Assembly: GCA_021800365.1 (NCBI GenBank)
Contig: JAJYZA010000002.1
Span: forward strand, 33,187-97,186
From: Nanobdellota archaeon
Lineage (GTDB): Archaea > Nanobdellota > Nanobdellia > Parvarchaeales > Parvarchaeaceae
DNA length: 64,000 bases
Reading direction: 5' to 3'
This document shows positions 27,734 through 37,202 of this stretch, piece after piece (positions within the stretch are counted from its first letter, which is position 1; each line of letters begins with the position of its first letter). Both the position numbers and the translations under genes were made by a program. The notes beneath the pieces were generated by a model, which was not told where the DNA came from, ran no database searches, and saw only the letters and a program-made list of their open reading frames with translations.

Positions 27734-28753
27734 TTGCGAGAACATGGTATGCCTATTATGGAAGATTATGAATTAGTTATAATCGGCGGCGGTCCTACTG
27801 GTCTTTTCGCGACCTTTTGCGCCGGTTTAAGAGAAATAAAGAGTGTAACCCTAGAAAGTCTAGAAACTACGGGAGGGCAGATACTCAAGTTCTACCCTAT
27901 AAAGGAGGTACTTGACGTGGAGGGGATACCCGCAATAACCGGAAAGGATCTCGCTGCAGCATTATTTAAACAGGCTACAAGGTTTGGTAATAAAATAGTG
28001 GTTAATTCAAAAGTTACGGATATAAAAAAGGATAGTCTGGGGGGGTTTATCGTCGAGGTTAATTCTCAAGATGCTTATCATTGCAAGGCGATATTGATTG
28101 CCGCAGGGATAGGGTCTTTAGTACCAAAGAAATTGAATGTTCCAGGAGAGGAGGATTACTCTGAAAAAGGCGTATATTACACTGTAACGAATCTAGACAT
28201 ATTTAAAGGAAAGACGGTGGCTATCATAGGCGGCGGTGATGCGGGTTTCGATTGGGCAAATCAAATATCTTCTGTTGTAAATAAAATATACATAATAGAA
28301 TATATGCCGGCTATAAAAGCGATGGAAAGTTCAGTAAGTAATCTCATAAAAACCGGTAAAGCGGAATTAATAGTGAATACAGCAGTTAAGTCCCTTGAAG
28401 GAGACGTAAACAAATTAACTGACTTAAATTTAATTGACAGAAAAACGAACTCAATTAAAAAATTAAATGTTGATGCAGTGGTTGTAGCCATAGGGCACAA
28501 GACTGAGGGCAACAGCTTTAAATCTGTTACATTTGATGTGTTTATGAATAGAATAAAAGTCAACGATGATCGCGAAACAAACGTGCCGGGGATATACGCC
28601 GCTGGCGACGTCGCTACTTCTGAGAACAAACCGACCGTAGGTTTGATTGCCGTAGACGGGGCAGAAGCTTACACCGCGATAAACAACATCAAAAAATATC
28701 TTAATCCCTCAGCATCGGTATTTGGCGAGCATAGCACTGAATTAAATCGCTAA
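27734..28753 (+). CDS. Thioredoxin-reductase-like flavoprotein without the CxxC redox centre. It is a ferredoxin-NADP reductase type 2 (YumC-like) candidate.
   Basis: It has VIIGGGPTGLFA (FAD binding), VAIIGGGDAGFDWA (NAD(P) binding), and GIYAAGDV. No CxxC motif was seen. Confidence 0.6.
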   Translation: MREHGMPIMEDYELVIIGGGPTGLFATFCAGLREIKSVTLESLETTGGQILKFYPIKEVLDVEGIPAITGKDLAAALFKQATRFGNKIVVNSKVTDIKKDSLGGFIVEVNSQDAYHCKAILIAAGIGSLVPKKLNVPGEEDYSEKGVYYTVTNLDIFKGKTVAIIGGGDAGFDWANQISSVVNKIYIIEYMPAIKAMESSVSNLIKTGKAELIVNTAVKSLEGDVNKLTDLNLIDRKTNSIKKLNVDAVVVAIGHKTEGNSFKSVTFDVFMNRIKVNDDRETNVPGIYAAGDVATSENKPTVGLIAVDGAEAYTAINNIKKYLNPSASVFGEHSTELNR

Positions 28754-28825
28754 TTTAAGTGGCAACTTTCTAATAAAAATTAACTACCTAAAAGTATTTA
28801 TATTAGTTAATCTCATATATCGCTT

Positions 28826-29230
28826 ATGGCAATCGGGAATATAGAAAGAAAATATAAGATAAAAGGTGAAGTTGCATACTTAAATAAACTAGATGGTACA
28901 GTCCGTATAAACGCGCTGGATAATGGGAATATTAGCGAAGTTACCCTAGAAAAAATTTTGAATGACCCTCTAGATGCAACTAACTATCCGGATGTCGCGT
29001 ATTTTCCGGCTTTATCAGCAGTAGGGGAAAAGTTACACTTGAGTTATAGCCAGTTTCTTTTTTGTTTAACCGAATCTGATGACGCAGCAAGGCAGAGAGG
29101 GGCAACAAAAGAAGTCGGTTTAAATAAGGCGTCTTCGGCTATAGGTTTTATTAGGAGATATGCGGACCTTTCTCAAAAAGATATGGAATTACTCAATACC
29201 GCACTTAAAGTGTATAGAATTAAAAAATAA
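28826..29230 (+). CDS. Hypothetical protein.
   Basis: It is a 134-aa ORF. Confidence 0.3.
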   Translation: MAIGNIERKYKIKGEVAYLNKLDGTVRINALDNGNISEVTLEKILNDPLDATNYPDVAYFPALSAVGEKLHLSYSQFLFCLTESDDAARQRGATKEVGLNKASSAIGFIRRYADLSQKDMELLNTALKVYRIKK

Positions 29231-29277
29231 AAACACCTCTGCGTGCAATTTATAAATCTAATTTGTCTTATTCTACT

Positions 29278-29355
29278 ATGGATAAAAAAGAAAAGACCAA
29301 AAAACAAACTGAATCTAAAGATGATTCGTGTAATTGTGGTTGCGGCTGTTGCTGA
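29278..29355 (+). CDS. Micro-ORF encoding a 25-aa Lys-rich peptide with a C-terminal Cys cluster (MDKKEKTKKQTESKDDSCNCGCGCC).
   Basis: The frame runs from ATG at 29278 to TGA at 29353-29355. It is below the ORF-track size cut-off. Five Cys fall in the last eight residues. Confidence 0.3.
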   Translation: MDKKEKTKKQTESKDDSCNCGCGCC

Positions 29356-29599
29356 AAGAAAAAAAGAAGTGTAAGTGTAATTAACTTCTAAGCAATTATA
29401 GCTTAGTCTAGCTTGGCATTGTCTTTGAATGCATAAACCTTACTAAATTTTAGTTTTTAATAACCTCTTCTCAGCGCATTATTAAAGCAAGACTAGCTGC
29501 AAATTATACAAAAAGTTACTAGTGTGCATCGCAAAATGTTATCTTAACAATGAATGGCGTGTGTGCTTAATCTAACTTTTAATGGCCTTTGGTCTTATT

Positions 29600-30286
29600 T
29601 TATGGCGGATTTATTAAGTGTTGTGTCAAAGCGCCACCCCCAACCACCAACGCTAAAATTGTAGACGCCGCAGCGAATAATAAAAACAGAACAAAACTAG
29701 TAAAAATTAATTTCCATTGAAAGCCGACCAGTTTGTTTGTTTTTGAGGGGCCTTTGTTGCTCGAGTGCAAATTTATAATCATGTTATCTATGAATACTGT
29801 TATTGGAAAAGTTAAGATTGCAGTAAAACCAAATGCAACATATAACAATAAAGTGACAAGCGGCTCAGTGGTTAATCCAAAACTATACGCATTAACACCA
29901 TAGTAAACACTCAATGCACCCGTGATCACAGCAAGTAATCCGATATAACGCGTGTTTAGATTTAGCATTACAGAAGCAGAAAAACCTACTAACACAATTC
30001 CTAGCATTAGGTAAGGATCATAAAATAAAATATTATATGCTCCGAGAACATTCGTACCATTAACAATCGTCGTTAACGGCCAATTTAATTCCCCCCAGAG
30101 GCCTATACCTAAAATAACAATACCAATTACCCCGAGCACAAGCACTTGCGACTTTAGATATTGATAAACCGTACGAGCGCCTTTTTTAAAATAAGTCAAA
30201 TAATCACTTATTCCCGAATAAAATAGCAGAGCCGAGACAAATGCAAGAGTAAAAAGTTGGAATGCCAGTGGGTCTATAAATGTCAT
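29600..30286 (-). CDS. Polytopic integral membrane protein.
   Basis: It is 228 aa with six to seven hydrophobic helices. Confidence 0.4.
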   Translation of the reverse strand: MTFIDPLAFQLFTLAFVSALLFYSGISDYLTYFKKGARTVYQYLKSQVLVLGVIGIVILGIGLWGELNWPLTTIVNGTNVLGAYNILFYDPYLMLGIVLVGFSASVMLNLNTRYIGLLAVITGALSVYYGVNAYSFGLTTEPLVTLLLYVAFGFTAILTFPITVFIDNMIINLHSSNKGPSKTNKLVGFQWKLIFTSFVLFLLFAAASTILALVVGGGALTQHLINPP

Positions 30287-30370
30287 ATTATGCTTATGGC
30301 GTTTGGTTTATTCTTATAATTTAAGTCTTTTGGTATATTTAACACTTTATCCAATCGTATTGCTATAACG

Positions 30371-30445
30371 TGGGGCAGCTGGGATTTGAACCCAGGACAG
30401 CGTGAGCCCTAGTCACGCATCATAACCAAGCTAGATCACCGCCCC
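30371..30445 (-). tRNA. tRNA-Pro. The anticodon loop CTAGGGC reads AGG at positions 34-36. CCA is not encoded.
   Basis: The sense sequence is GGGGCGG-TG-ATCT-AGCTTGGTTA-TGAT-G-CGTGA-CTAGGGC-TCACG-CTGTC-CTGGG-TTCAAAT-CCCAG-CTGCCCC-A. It is 75 nt with a canonical cloverleaf. Confidence 0.75.
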
Positions 30446-30452
30446 TTTAATT

Positions 30453-30638
30453 CTATGCAGAACCAGGAATCGAAACATTGTGGTTTGTCAAATTTGTTAG
30501 TTGATTTACATTTCCGATTATGCCGCTTCGTATCAAGAATAGGATTACAATTAGCAATGCAAGCGCAATCACTATGAGAATAATAACCTCAAGTCCAAGA
30601 GAAATAGCGCCTTTCTTATTCCTTTTTAAACTTAGCAT
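30453..30638 (-). CDS. Small archaeal pilin-like protein (class III signal peptide).
   Basis: The start is taken at the internal Met, giving MLSLKRNKKGAISLGLEVIILIVIALALLIVILFLI. This has a KKG/A cleavage-type motif plus a hydrophobic helix. The track ORF begins 16 codons upstream. Confidence 0.4.
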   Translation of the reverse strand: MLSLKRNKKGAISLGLEVIILIVIALALLIVILFLIRSGIIGNVNQLTNLTNHNVSIPGSA

Positions 30639-30726
30639 ATTAAGTTCTGCTCTTTGCATAATTAATACTTTCTCTAAGGGTAACATCTATCTAAACGTTT
30701 AAATATTTCTGTGATGTAAAACCTAT

Positions 30727-31128
30727 ATGGTCCAAAAAACTAAAATATATTTGCACAAAAAACACATCTCATCTAAAAAACTATCATTAGAAAGGCACAT
30801 AAACGTGCTTAGAAAAGCTTCTCACGAGAGGGACCTCCATCACATGATTCGGCTTATGGGTGTACTTTTCCCGCTGAAGCGCGATAAAGATACAAAAAAA
30901 TCATTGGAAGCCCTGTCGGCCCTGGCAAAGAAGAAGGGATTTGAAGGACTGTACGGTATACTACAGGCGCTTCTTGCAGAGAGTTTAAGTTCCAATAGAT
31001 TACAGAAAGTATCTGAAACTGCGATATCCATGTTTAAAGCAGAATCTGGTGTAGACATAATCGGTAAATCTATCAAAAAGCATTCTAGTCCGAAGAACGG
31101 CGTTGGTAGTCTACTGCGTAAGTTGTAG
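30727..31128 (+). CDS. Hypothetical protein.
   Basis: It is a 133-aa basic protein. Confidence 0.3.
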   Translation: MVQKTKIYLHKKHISSKKLSLERHINVLRKASHERDLHHMIRLMGVLFPLKRDKDTKKSLEALSALAKKKGFEGLYGILQALLAESLSSNRLQKVSETAISMFKAESGVDIIGKSIKKHSSPKNGVGSLLRKL

Positions 31129-31152
31129 TAAACAATATTTTTACGATTACTA

Positions 31153-31638
31153 TTAACAACTTGGACTCGCACTATTGAAGTAATATATCGCTCTTGTAGA
31201 TCCTGCGGGATTATAACCCGATCCGGAACGGGTGAGGTTTGAGCAATAATAAACGCTACTTTCGTTTATAACATACGCAGTGAAAGAGTAGTTTCCACTT
31301 GCGGTAGTAAAACTTATGGAAGTATTAATCCATGCAGATAGGTTTTGGCCGTTGTAATCAATGTACCAATAGTAAGGCGCAGATTGAAAAGTCGAACAAC
31401 TTGTCGAACTTACACAGTTATACGCCGTGAAGGTAGTTTTTACCGTTCCAAAATTCCCACTGCCACTGCCCCCAGATGAAATACCGAGTATCCGAGAGAA
31501 ATAATTTAGCCCGCCAACTAGGTAACTATCAATTGCGCCAGCAAAAACTACGAATATGACAAACGCGATAACTAACACCATAATCACTAGCAATCCAAGA
31601 CTTACTGCGCCGCGCTTCGATAATCTAAGTACAACCAT
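31153..31638 (-). CDS. Archaeal pilin-like protein (class III signal peptide).
   Basis: The N terminus MVVLRLSKRGAVSLGLLVIMVLVIAFVIFVVFAG shares the [KR]GA[VI]SLGL motif with the 30453 gene. The mature region is Ser/Thr/Asn-rich. Confidence 0.45.
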   Translation of the reverse strand: MVVLRLSKRGAVSLGLLVIMVLVIAFVIFVVFAGAIDSYLVGGLNYFSRILGISSGGSGSGNFGTVKTTFTAYNCVSSTSCSTFQSAPYYWYIDYNGQNLSAWINTSISFTTASGNYSFTAYVINESSVYYCSNLTRSGSGYNPAGSTRAIYYFNSASPSC

Positions 31639-31674
31639 ATTATACTTTATTGATATATCGTATTAAATATAACT

Positions 31675-32259
31675 CTAAGCTTTGTAAACTATACAGATAG
31701 GTACGTTCACGCTATCTTTTTTATGGAATATTGCACTTTTAGGCAGTGCAATATTTTCAAAATCTTTTATTGTAAGACCTTCTGCTTGTACGATTTTTTG
31801 TATCTTTTTATTTGCTTTATAGATGAAGAAGAAAGAATCTGCAGTCTTTTTTAATTTTGATATAAACGCCTCTATATTAAATGTACTTTGAAAACCGAAC
31901 GGAGGATTGGATATCGCAATGTCATAATGAACGTCTACATCGAAAAAATCCTTTTCATAGGCATTGCAATCTGTGATATTTAATTCAGAGACATTTTTCT
32001 TTGCTAACTCAACCATTTTTTGATCCAGATCATACATGTCGACTGCTGCAGCACCAAGTAGTGCCGCTCCTATACCTAGAATTCCATTTCCGCAACCGAA
32101 ATCTGTGACGCGTTTTCCTTTTATTCTCTTATAAGTATCTACGAAGAATAGAAAATTAACCGCGGTCTTTATATTTGTTGAATATTGCTCTAAGTAAATT
32201 TTTTTACTTATTGGCTCCTCAAGTCCGCTTAGCGACTTTGATAATAATATTTTATCCAT
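31675..32259 (-). CDS. Predicted RNA methyltransferase (COG2263-like, NPPF-motif SAM-dependent MTase).
   Basis: It has DFGCGNGILGIGAALLGA (motif I) and ISNPPFG (motif IV). Confidence 0.55.
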   Translation of the reverse strand: MDKILLSKSLSGLEEPISKKIYLEQYSTNIKTAVNFLFFVDTYKRIKGKRVTDFGCGNGILGIGAALLGAAAVDMYDLDQKMVELAKKNVSELNITDCNAYEKDFFDVDVHYDIAISNPPFGFQSTFNIEAFISKLKKTADSFFFIYKANKKIQKIVQAEGLTIKDFENIALPKSAIFHKKDSVNVPICIVYKA

Positions 32260-34075
32260 TTTTTAGCAACTCTGAAGCAATCTTATACGCTTCGCTTGCA
32301 TCGAAAGAAAAGCCTAATTTGTCCCTAAGATTTGTTATTAGCGTATCATAACGTGATAACTTAGAGGAAGCGATAAGTTTATTTATTTCTCGTGCGAGGG
32401 TTTTTTTATCCAGTTTTTTTAGTCGGAAATTATTTATCATATCGCTGACGCTAGCTGCCTTTCCAAGAGCTAAGCCCTCAAATATAAACCGTGAGGCGTC
32501 TTTTGAAATAATTCCCTTAGAAATTTTCTGCAGAACCTCTTCTAAATCCTTTTCTTTCAATTCAATACTGAATTTTCTTCTTATATAACGGTAATCATCT
32601 ACAAGCACAGTAATTATAATGTTTACGGGCAATCCAAATTTCTTGCGTGCTGCTATTGCCCGATCCAGTTTATTTACGCCTATTAGGAGATCTAAAACAT
32701 CATCGTTAAAACCATACTCTTTTTTTAGCGTCTCTGCATTAAACCCAGCATATCCCTCAGCCCTATCTAATATATGCGAATCTACTTTTATTACTGGTAA
32801 ATCAGTTTCAACATACATGCGGTCCTTTCCACCTAGAGGTCTAAGAAAACTTGAAGTATTATCGTCTTTGACCATGCGCACTTCTGCAGGCACTGCTGTA
32901 AGCAGTTCTCTTATTCGTGTGATGACATCATTCTTTATTGAGTCAGCATTTTTTTCGTCACAAATTGAAAATAAAAATCCATCATTTTTGTCGCATCCAA
33001 GCGCAGAAAAAATGGATATTTTCTCCTTTTCACTTATTCCATATGCAGGTAATTCATCAGAGTGTATTATGCTACTTCCATCCTTGATTTTTAGATAATC
33101 GCTTATTTCGGTACCGAATCTCTTCCCAGGTATAAGTTCTTTTCCAAGAAGACCAACAAATCCACGCAGTCTTATTCCTAGAACATATTTTCCTGTGGAT
33201 AATGCATTTTTAATAATATTCGAATCCGAATTCTTAAAAACATCGGCTACATTTTTGCTCTCAATATCTGTAAGATTCTGTAAAAGATATCCATATTCCT
33301 TTATTATACTTATTAATGCCATCTGTCTGTTTGCTTCATTGGTTATAGCTTTGTCCATTTCGCGTATATTTTGGAATCCCTTTAATTCGACTCTGCTGCC
33401 GCCATCTATCGAGAGATTTACATCTTGTCTTATCGTTCCTATCCCTCTGCGCACCTTGAAAAGGCGTGTAAACCTGCCGAAATCAAGAGCTATCTGTTTT
33501 GCTCCCGCCTCATCAGTCTCTATTATATCCGTCGATATTTCTACTAACGGGATACCAAGCCTATCAAGCTTGTACACTGACATTTCATGACTTTCAGCGT
33601 CTTTTCTTGCAGAATCCTCCTCTAGACATATTGCTGAAATATTTATTTTAATTTCGTTCGTTTTGAATGCGCCACCTAGTCCAACTACTGCAGTTCTCTG
33701 AAAACCAGCCGTGTTGGAACCATCTACTATTACTTTTCTCATGAAGATTAAATCTTTAAAGATTGTAGAACCAAGTGCGTTTGCCATTTTAAATGCAACC
33801 TCCAGAGCAGATTTATCCGGTGAATGTGGCGGTTCCTCATCCATGTCGACCAAGCAATCCGAATCGTAGAACGTTTTATAAACGATCTTTTTGGAATTTT
33901 TCCCTTCAAATTCAGCGCTCACGTCTATTTTTCCGCTTTCCCCAAAAGATGGTCTAAGCAAACGGGTTACTTCTATATCTTGGTCTGATTCCTCATGCAT
34001 TACCGGCGTGCAACGACAAAATAATTTTCCACTGTCTATCTGTACGTGCCATTCAAATCCACATTTTAACTTCAT
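32252..34075 (-). CDS. gatE: Glutamyl-tRNA(Gln) amidotransferase subunit E.
   Basis: It has an MKLKCGFEWHVQI N terminus typical of GatB/E and a GatB/YqeY-like C-terminal domain. It is 607 aa long and adjacent to gatD. Confidence 0.8.
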   Translation of the reverse strand: MKLKCGFEWHVQIDSGKLFCRCTPVMHEESDQDIEVTRLLRPSFGESGKIDVSAEFEGKNSKKIVYKTFYDSDCLVDMDEEPPHSPDKSALEVAFKMANALGSTIFKDLIFMRKVIVDGSNTAGFQRTAVVGLGGAFKTNEIKINISAICLEEDSARKDAESHEMSVYKLDRLGIPLVEISTDIIETDEAGAKQIALDFGRFTRLFKVRRGIGTIRQDVNLSIDGGSRVELKGFQNIREMDKAITNEANRQMALISIIKEYGYLLQNLTDIESKNVADVFKNSDSNIIKNALSTGKYVLGIRLRGFVGLLGKELIPGKRFGTEISDYLKIKDGSSIIHSDELPAYGISEKEKISIFSALGCDKNDGFLFSICDEKNADSIKNDVITRIRELLTAVPAEVRMVKDDNTSSFLRPLGGKDRMYVETDLPVIKVDSHILDRAEGYAGFNAETLKKEYGFNDDVLDLLIGVNKLDRAIAARKKFGLPVNIIITVLVDDYRYIRRKFSIELKEKDLEEVLQKISKGIISKDASRFIFEGLALGKAASVSDMINNFRLKKLDKKTLAREINKLIASSKLSRYDTLITNLRDKLGFSFDASEAYKIASELLKNG

Positions 34076-35391
34076 ATCAAAAACTCATTTAGATTGTCTT
34101 TATCACTTATCTCACCGGCGAGAGTGGTATTCATTATGGTCTTTACCTCTTCTATTTTCTTTGTTTGCCCAAGAACGAACATAAGCTTTGCGAAGGCCGT
34201 TTCGGTTAGCATGTTACCTACATATATTATATTGTCAAAGTTTGATAGCTCTCTTAAGCGACTGTATACAAATTCGTTTGTGGCCCCGTATATGGTTTGC
34301 GAAGTCAACACCACGGGGATATCTTCTTTTTTTGCACGCTTAAGTGCATTGTACACGCTTTTTTCCTTAAGGGGTAAATTACCGAAGCCAGTGCCAGCTA
34401 TCACTATACCGTGCGTTCCTTTCTCAATCGCAGCGTTTATCAGGTTCCCGTCCATTCCGGGATAGCTAACTAACAAAGCCACTTTTTCATCGAGTTTTGT
34501 ATTGATTGAAGTTTCCTCGCTTCTTTTTATGTTTTCCGATAGTTTTTCGATTTTTCCATCCAAATACACTTTTCCAAGTGGAAGCGTATTTATCGGCCTG
34601 AATGCATCTCGCCTTTCAGAATGCATCTTTCTTGCCCTATTTCCTCGCAGTATGAAATTATAATTGTCATTTAAATTGGCATGCATGCAGATAACCGATT
34701 CACCGCCGCCCCATTTCAATGCAGTAATAGCGGAAAGAAGCAGATTTGTAGACGCGTCCGTCGACCCACGGTCTGTACTTCTTTGAGCTCCGGTAAATAC
34801 GACTGGTACAGACAATGGATTAAGTATAAACGACATCGCGGCAGAAGCAAAATGCATAGTATCTGTACCCATAGTCACCATTATTCCTTTTGAGCCTTTT
34901 TTTATCGCTGATAACGCGGCAATCGCGATTTTTATCCAATCTCGAGGGGCCATGTCCTCAGACCATATACTCATTAGTTTATTTATCGCAACGTTACCGT
35001 ATTTCTTTAAATCTGGCGCAATTTGGAAGTAATATTCGGGAGGCACAAATGGGGATGTACCTCCCCGTTTATAGTCTATTTTTGAGGAGATAGTTCCTCC
35101 AGTAGTTATTATTGTCAAATCAGGATTATCAAAGGAATAACTTTCACTTTTTGTTAGAGTATTCACTTTCTCTTTAGCAACCCGCTGGATTATAGACAGT
35201 CCACGTATTTCTTTTCGAGGTATTGCAATATCATAACCGGATTTTAATTTCATTATAAGAACATCAGCTTCTTCATCAATCCTTATAAAATCGCCGTTAA
35301 ACTCTTTATCTTTAAAGTTTATCTTTATAAAATCGCCGAAATTTAAGGAATCCATATTTTTACTTTGGGCTGACATATCTAAGACTAACAA
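34072..35391 (-). CDS. gatD: Glutamyl-tRNA(Gln) amidotransferase subunit D (asparaginase-like).
   Basis: It has the ITTGGTISS asparaginase threonine motif and is 439 aa long. Its start overlaps the gatE stop. Confidence 0.8.
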   Translation of the reverse strand: MLVLDMSAQSKNMDSLNFGDFIKINFKDKEFNGDFIRIDEEADVLIMKLKSGYDIAIPRKEIRGLSIIQRVAKEKVNTLTKSESYSFDNPDLTIITTGGTISSKIDYKRGGTSPFVPPEYYFQIAPDLKKYGNVAINKLMSIWSEDMAPRDWIKIAIAALSAIKKGSKGIMVTMGTDTMHFASAAMSFILNPLSVPVVFTGAQRSTDRGSTDASTNLLLSAITALKWGGGESVICMHANLNDNYNFILRGNRARKMHSERRDAFRPINTLPLGKVYLDGKIEKLSENIKRSEETSINTKLDEKVALLVSYPGMDGNLINAAIEKGTHGIVIAGTGFGNLPLKEKSVYNALKRAKKEDIPVVLTSQTIYGATNEFVYSRLRELSNFDNIIYVGNMLTETAFAKLMFVLGQTKKIEEVKTIMNTTLAGEISDKDNLNEFLI

Positions 35392-35697
35392 TATACGGAT
35401 ATTTTAACTTTTTTTATCATAGATCGCCGTCGTCAAAAAGAGAAATTGGATGTAAATGTTGAACTTTCGTGAAAATAGTACAGAAATAATATATGATTTT
35501 TAGTTCAATAAGGTTTTTAAATGGGGAAATGATTAAGTTATTATAAAAAGAAATTAAAATTTGAACGTCGGGAAACGTCCAAATTTTTAATCATGATTTC
35601 GTAAGTATTTGGGAACACTTACTTTTCTTTATAAAAATATAAGACAAGATGAGAATATAAAGCTTTCGGTTTTGTGTTCTCACCTGAGGAGGGAAAA

Positions 35698-36780
35698 ATG
35701 GTAATGGATCTGTTGGTGGAGAGCGCCTTGAAAGCTAGCAAGGAAAACTCTGAGGAGCCTCTCTTCAACCAAGCCCTTATAAAAGTTGTAGGGGTAGGCG
35801 GAGGAGGCAATAACATGGCCGGATGGCTTTATCGAAAAGGCGTAAAGGGCGCTGAAGTAGTGATAGCTAATACAGACCAAGTACAGTTGAATGCGAGACA
35901 AGGTGATAAGAAAATTCTTATCGGAAAAGAACTTACGCGCGGGCTCGGTGCAGGCGGTTTTCCTGCAAAAGGAAAGGCTGCCGCAGAAGAATCTGCAAGG
36001 GAGCTTAAGGATTCCCTAAGGGGCGCGGACCTAGTATTTGTATGTGCTGGTCTTGGTGGAGGTACTGGAACTGGCGCAGCACCTGTAGTAGCTAAGTTGG
36101 CTAAAGAAGCAGGCGCAATCGTAATAAGTACGGTAACAATGCCTTTCAAGACAGAAAGAAAGCGCGTTGAAAACGCAGAAACCGGACTTGCTGAACTTAG
36201 GTCAAATTCAGATACAGTTATTGTTATCGACAATAATAGATTGACTGCTATGGCTGGAAATCTCCCGCTAGATCAGGCCTTTAACGTAGCTAACGAAGTC
36301 GTCGCGACAATGATAAAAGGCATCGTTGAGACAATCTCTGACGCAGCTGCGCTTGTACATCTCGACTTCGCTGATATAAAAGCGATAATGAACCAAGGTG
36401 GCGTATCTGTTATCGGGATTGGCGAGACTGACGCCTCTGATTCAAGGGTTAATGAGGTCGTAAGGAGGGCTTTGAATAACCCATTGCTCGATGTCAGCTA
36501 CAAGGGAGCAAAAGGCGCACTGATCCATATAACTGGCGGACCAGATCTGACATTATCTGAAGTTAATCAGATAGGTGAGTTGGCTACGCAGTCCCTAGAT
36601 CCGGATGCAGTTGTAATCTGGGGTGCCAGAGTCGATGAAAATATGTCTGGTAAACTGAGGGTGATGACAATAATCACCGGAGTCAGTTCGCCGTATCTGC
36701 TGGGACAGGATGAGCTAACGACTCTTTCAAAGACAACCGGCGCAATAAGCCAAGAACTCGGTATAGAGGTACTGAGATAA
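35698..36780 (+). CDS. ftsZ: Cell division GTPase FtsZ (paralog 1).
   Basis: It has a GGGTGTGAAPVVA tubulin signature and a VVGVGGGGNN motif. A GGAGGG Shine-Dalgarno sits 6 nt upstream of ATG 35698. The track ORF starts at 35674. Confidence 0.85.
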   Translation: MVMDLLVESALKASKENSEEPLFNQALIKVVGVGGGGNNMAGWLYRKGVKGAEVVIANTDQVQLNARQGDKKILIGKELTRGLGAGGFPAKGKAAAEESARELKDSLRGADLVFVCAGLGGGTGTGAAPVVAKLAKEAGAIVISTVTMPFKTERKRVENAETGLAELRSNSDTVIVIDNNRLTAMAGNLPLDQAFNVANEVVATMIKGIVETISDAAALVHLDFADIKAIMNQGGVSVIGIGETDASDSRVNEVVRRALNNPLLDVSYKGAKGALIHITGGPDLTLSEVNQIGELATQSLDPDAVVIWGARVDENMSGKLRVMTIITGVSSPYLLGQDELTTLSKTTGAISQELGIEVLR

Positions 36781-36789
36781 ACTTTTGAT

Positions 36790-36812
36790 TTGCTGGGCCA
36801 TTTTAGGCCCAG
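36790..36812 (+). terminator. Hairpin immediately downstream of ftsZ1 (ctgggcc-atttta-ggcccag), followed by further hairpins and T-runs.
   Basis: A perfect 7-bp inverted repeat lies about 10 nt after the stop. A second GC-rich palindrome (aatgggggccccc...gcccccatt) follows at about 36868-36895, and then a T-rich tract. Confidence 0.3.
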
Positions 36813-37202
36813 CCATAGTTTATTTCATTTATTACATTCAACAAAAATTTCCTCCCCATACCTTAATAATGGGGGCCCCCTAGTTGCCCCCATTATTTTT
36901 ATTTTTTAAGTCTTTGATTATCGTATCTTAAAGGCGTTCTCGGCAAGGGTCTTGCAATAGTACATTTAGTCGAAAGCCTTTCGAATAAAAATCTTCTTTG
37001 TCCTTAAACAGAAATATAAACAACTTTAAAGTGTCTGGAATTACCAATTTTTATGAAGTAATTATTAACCGGATCCACAAATTTCGCCGGTTCGTTTTGG
37101 ATGCTATTTATATTGTCCTCTTTAAAAATTGACAGATTATAATATTTTATTACTATATATAATAATTGCTTTCTAATAAAAGTAAGTACAGGAGAACAGG
37201 AT

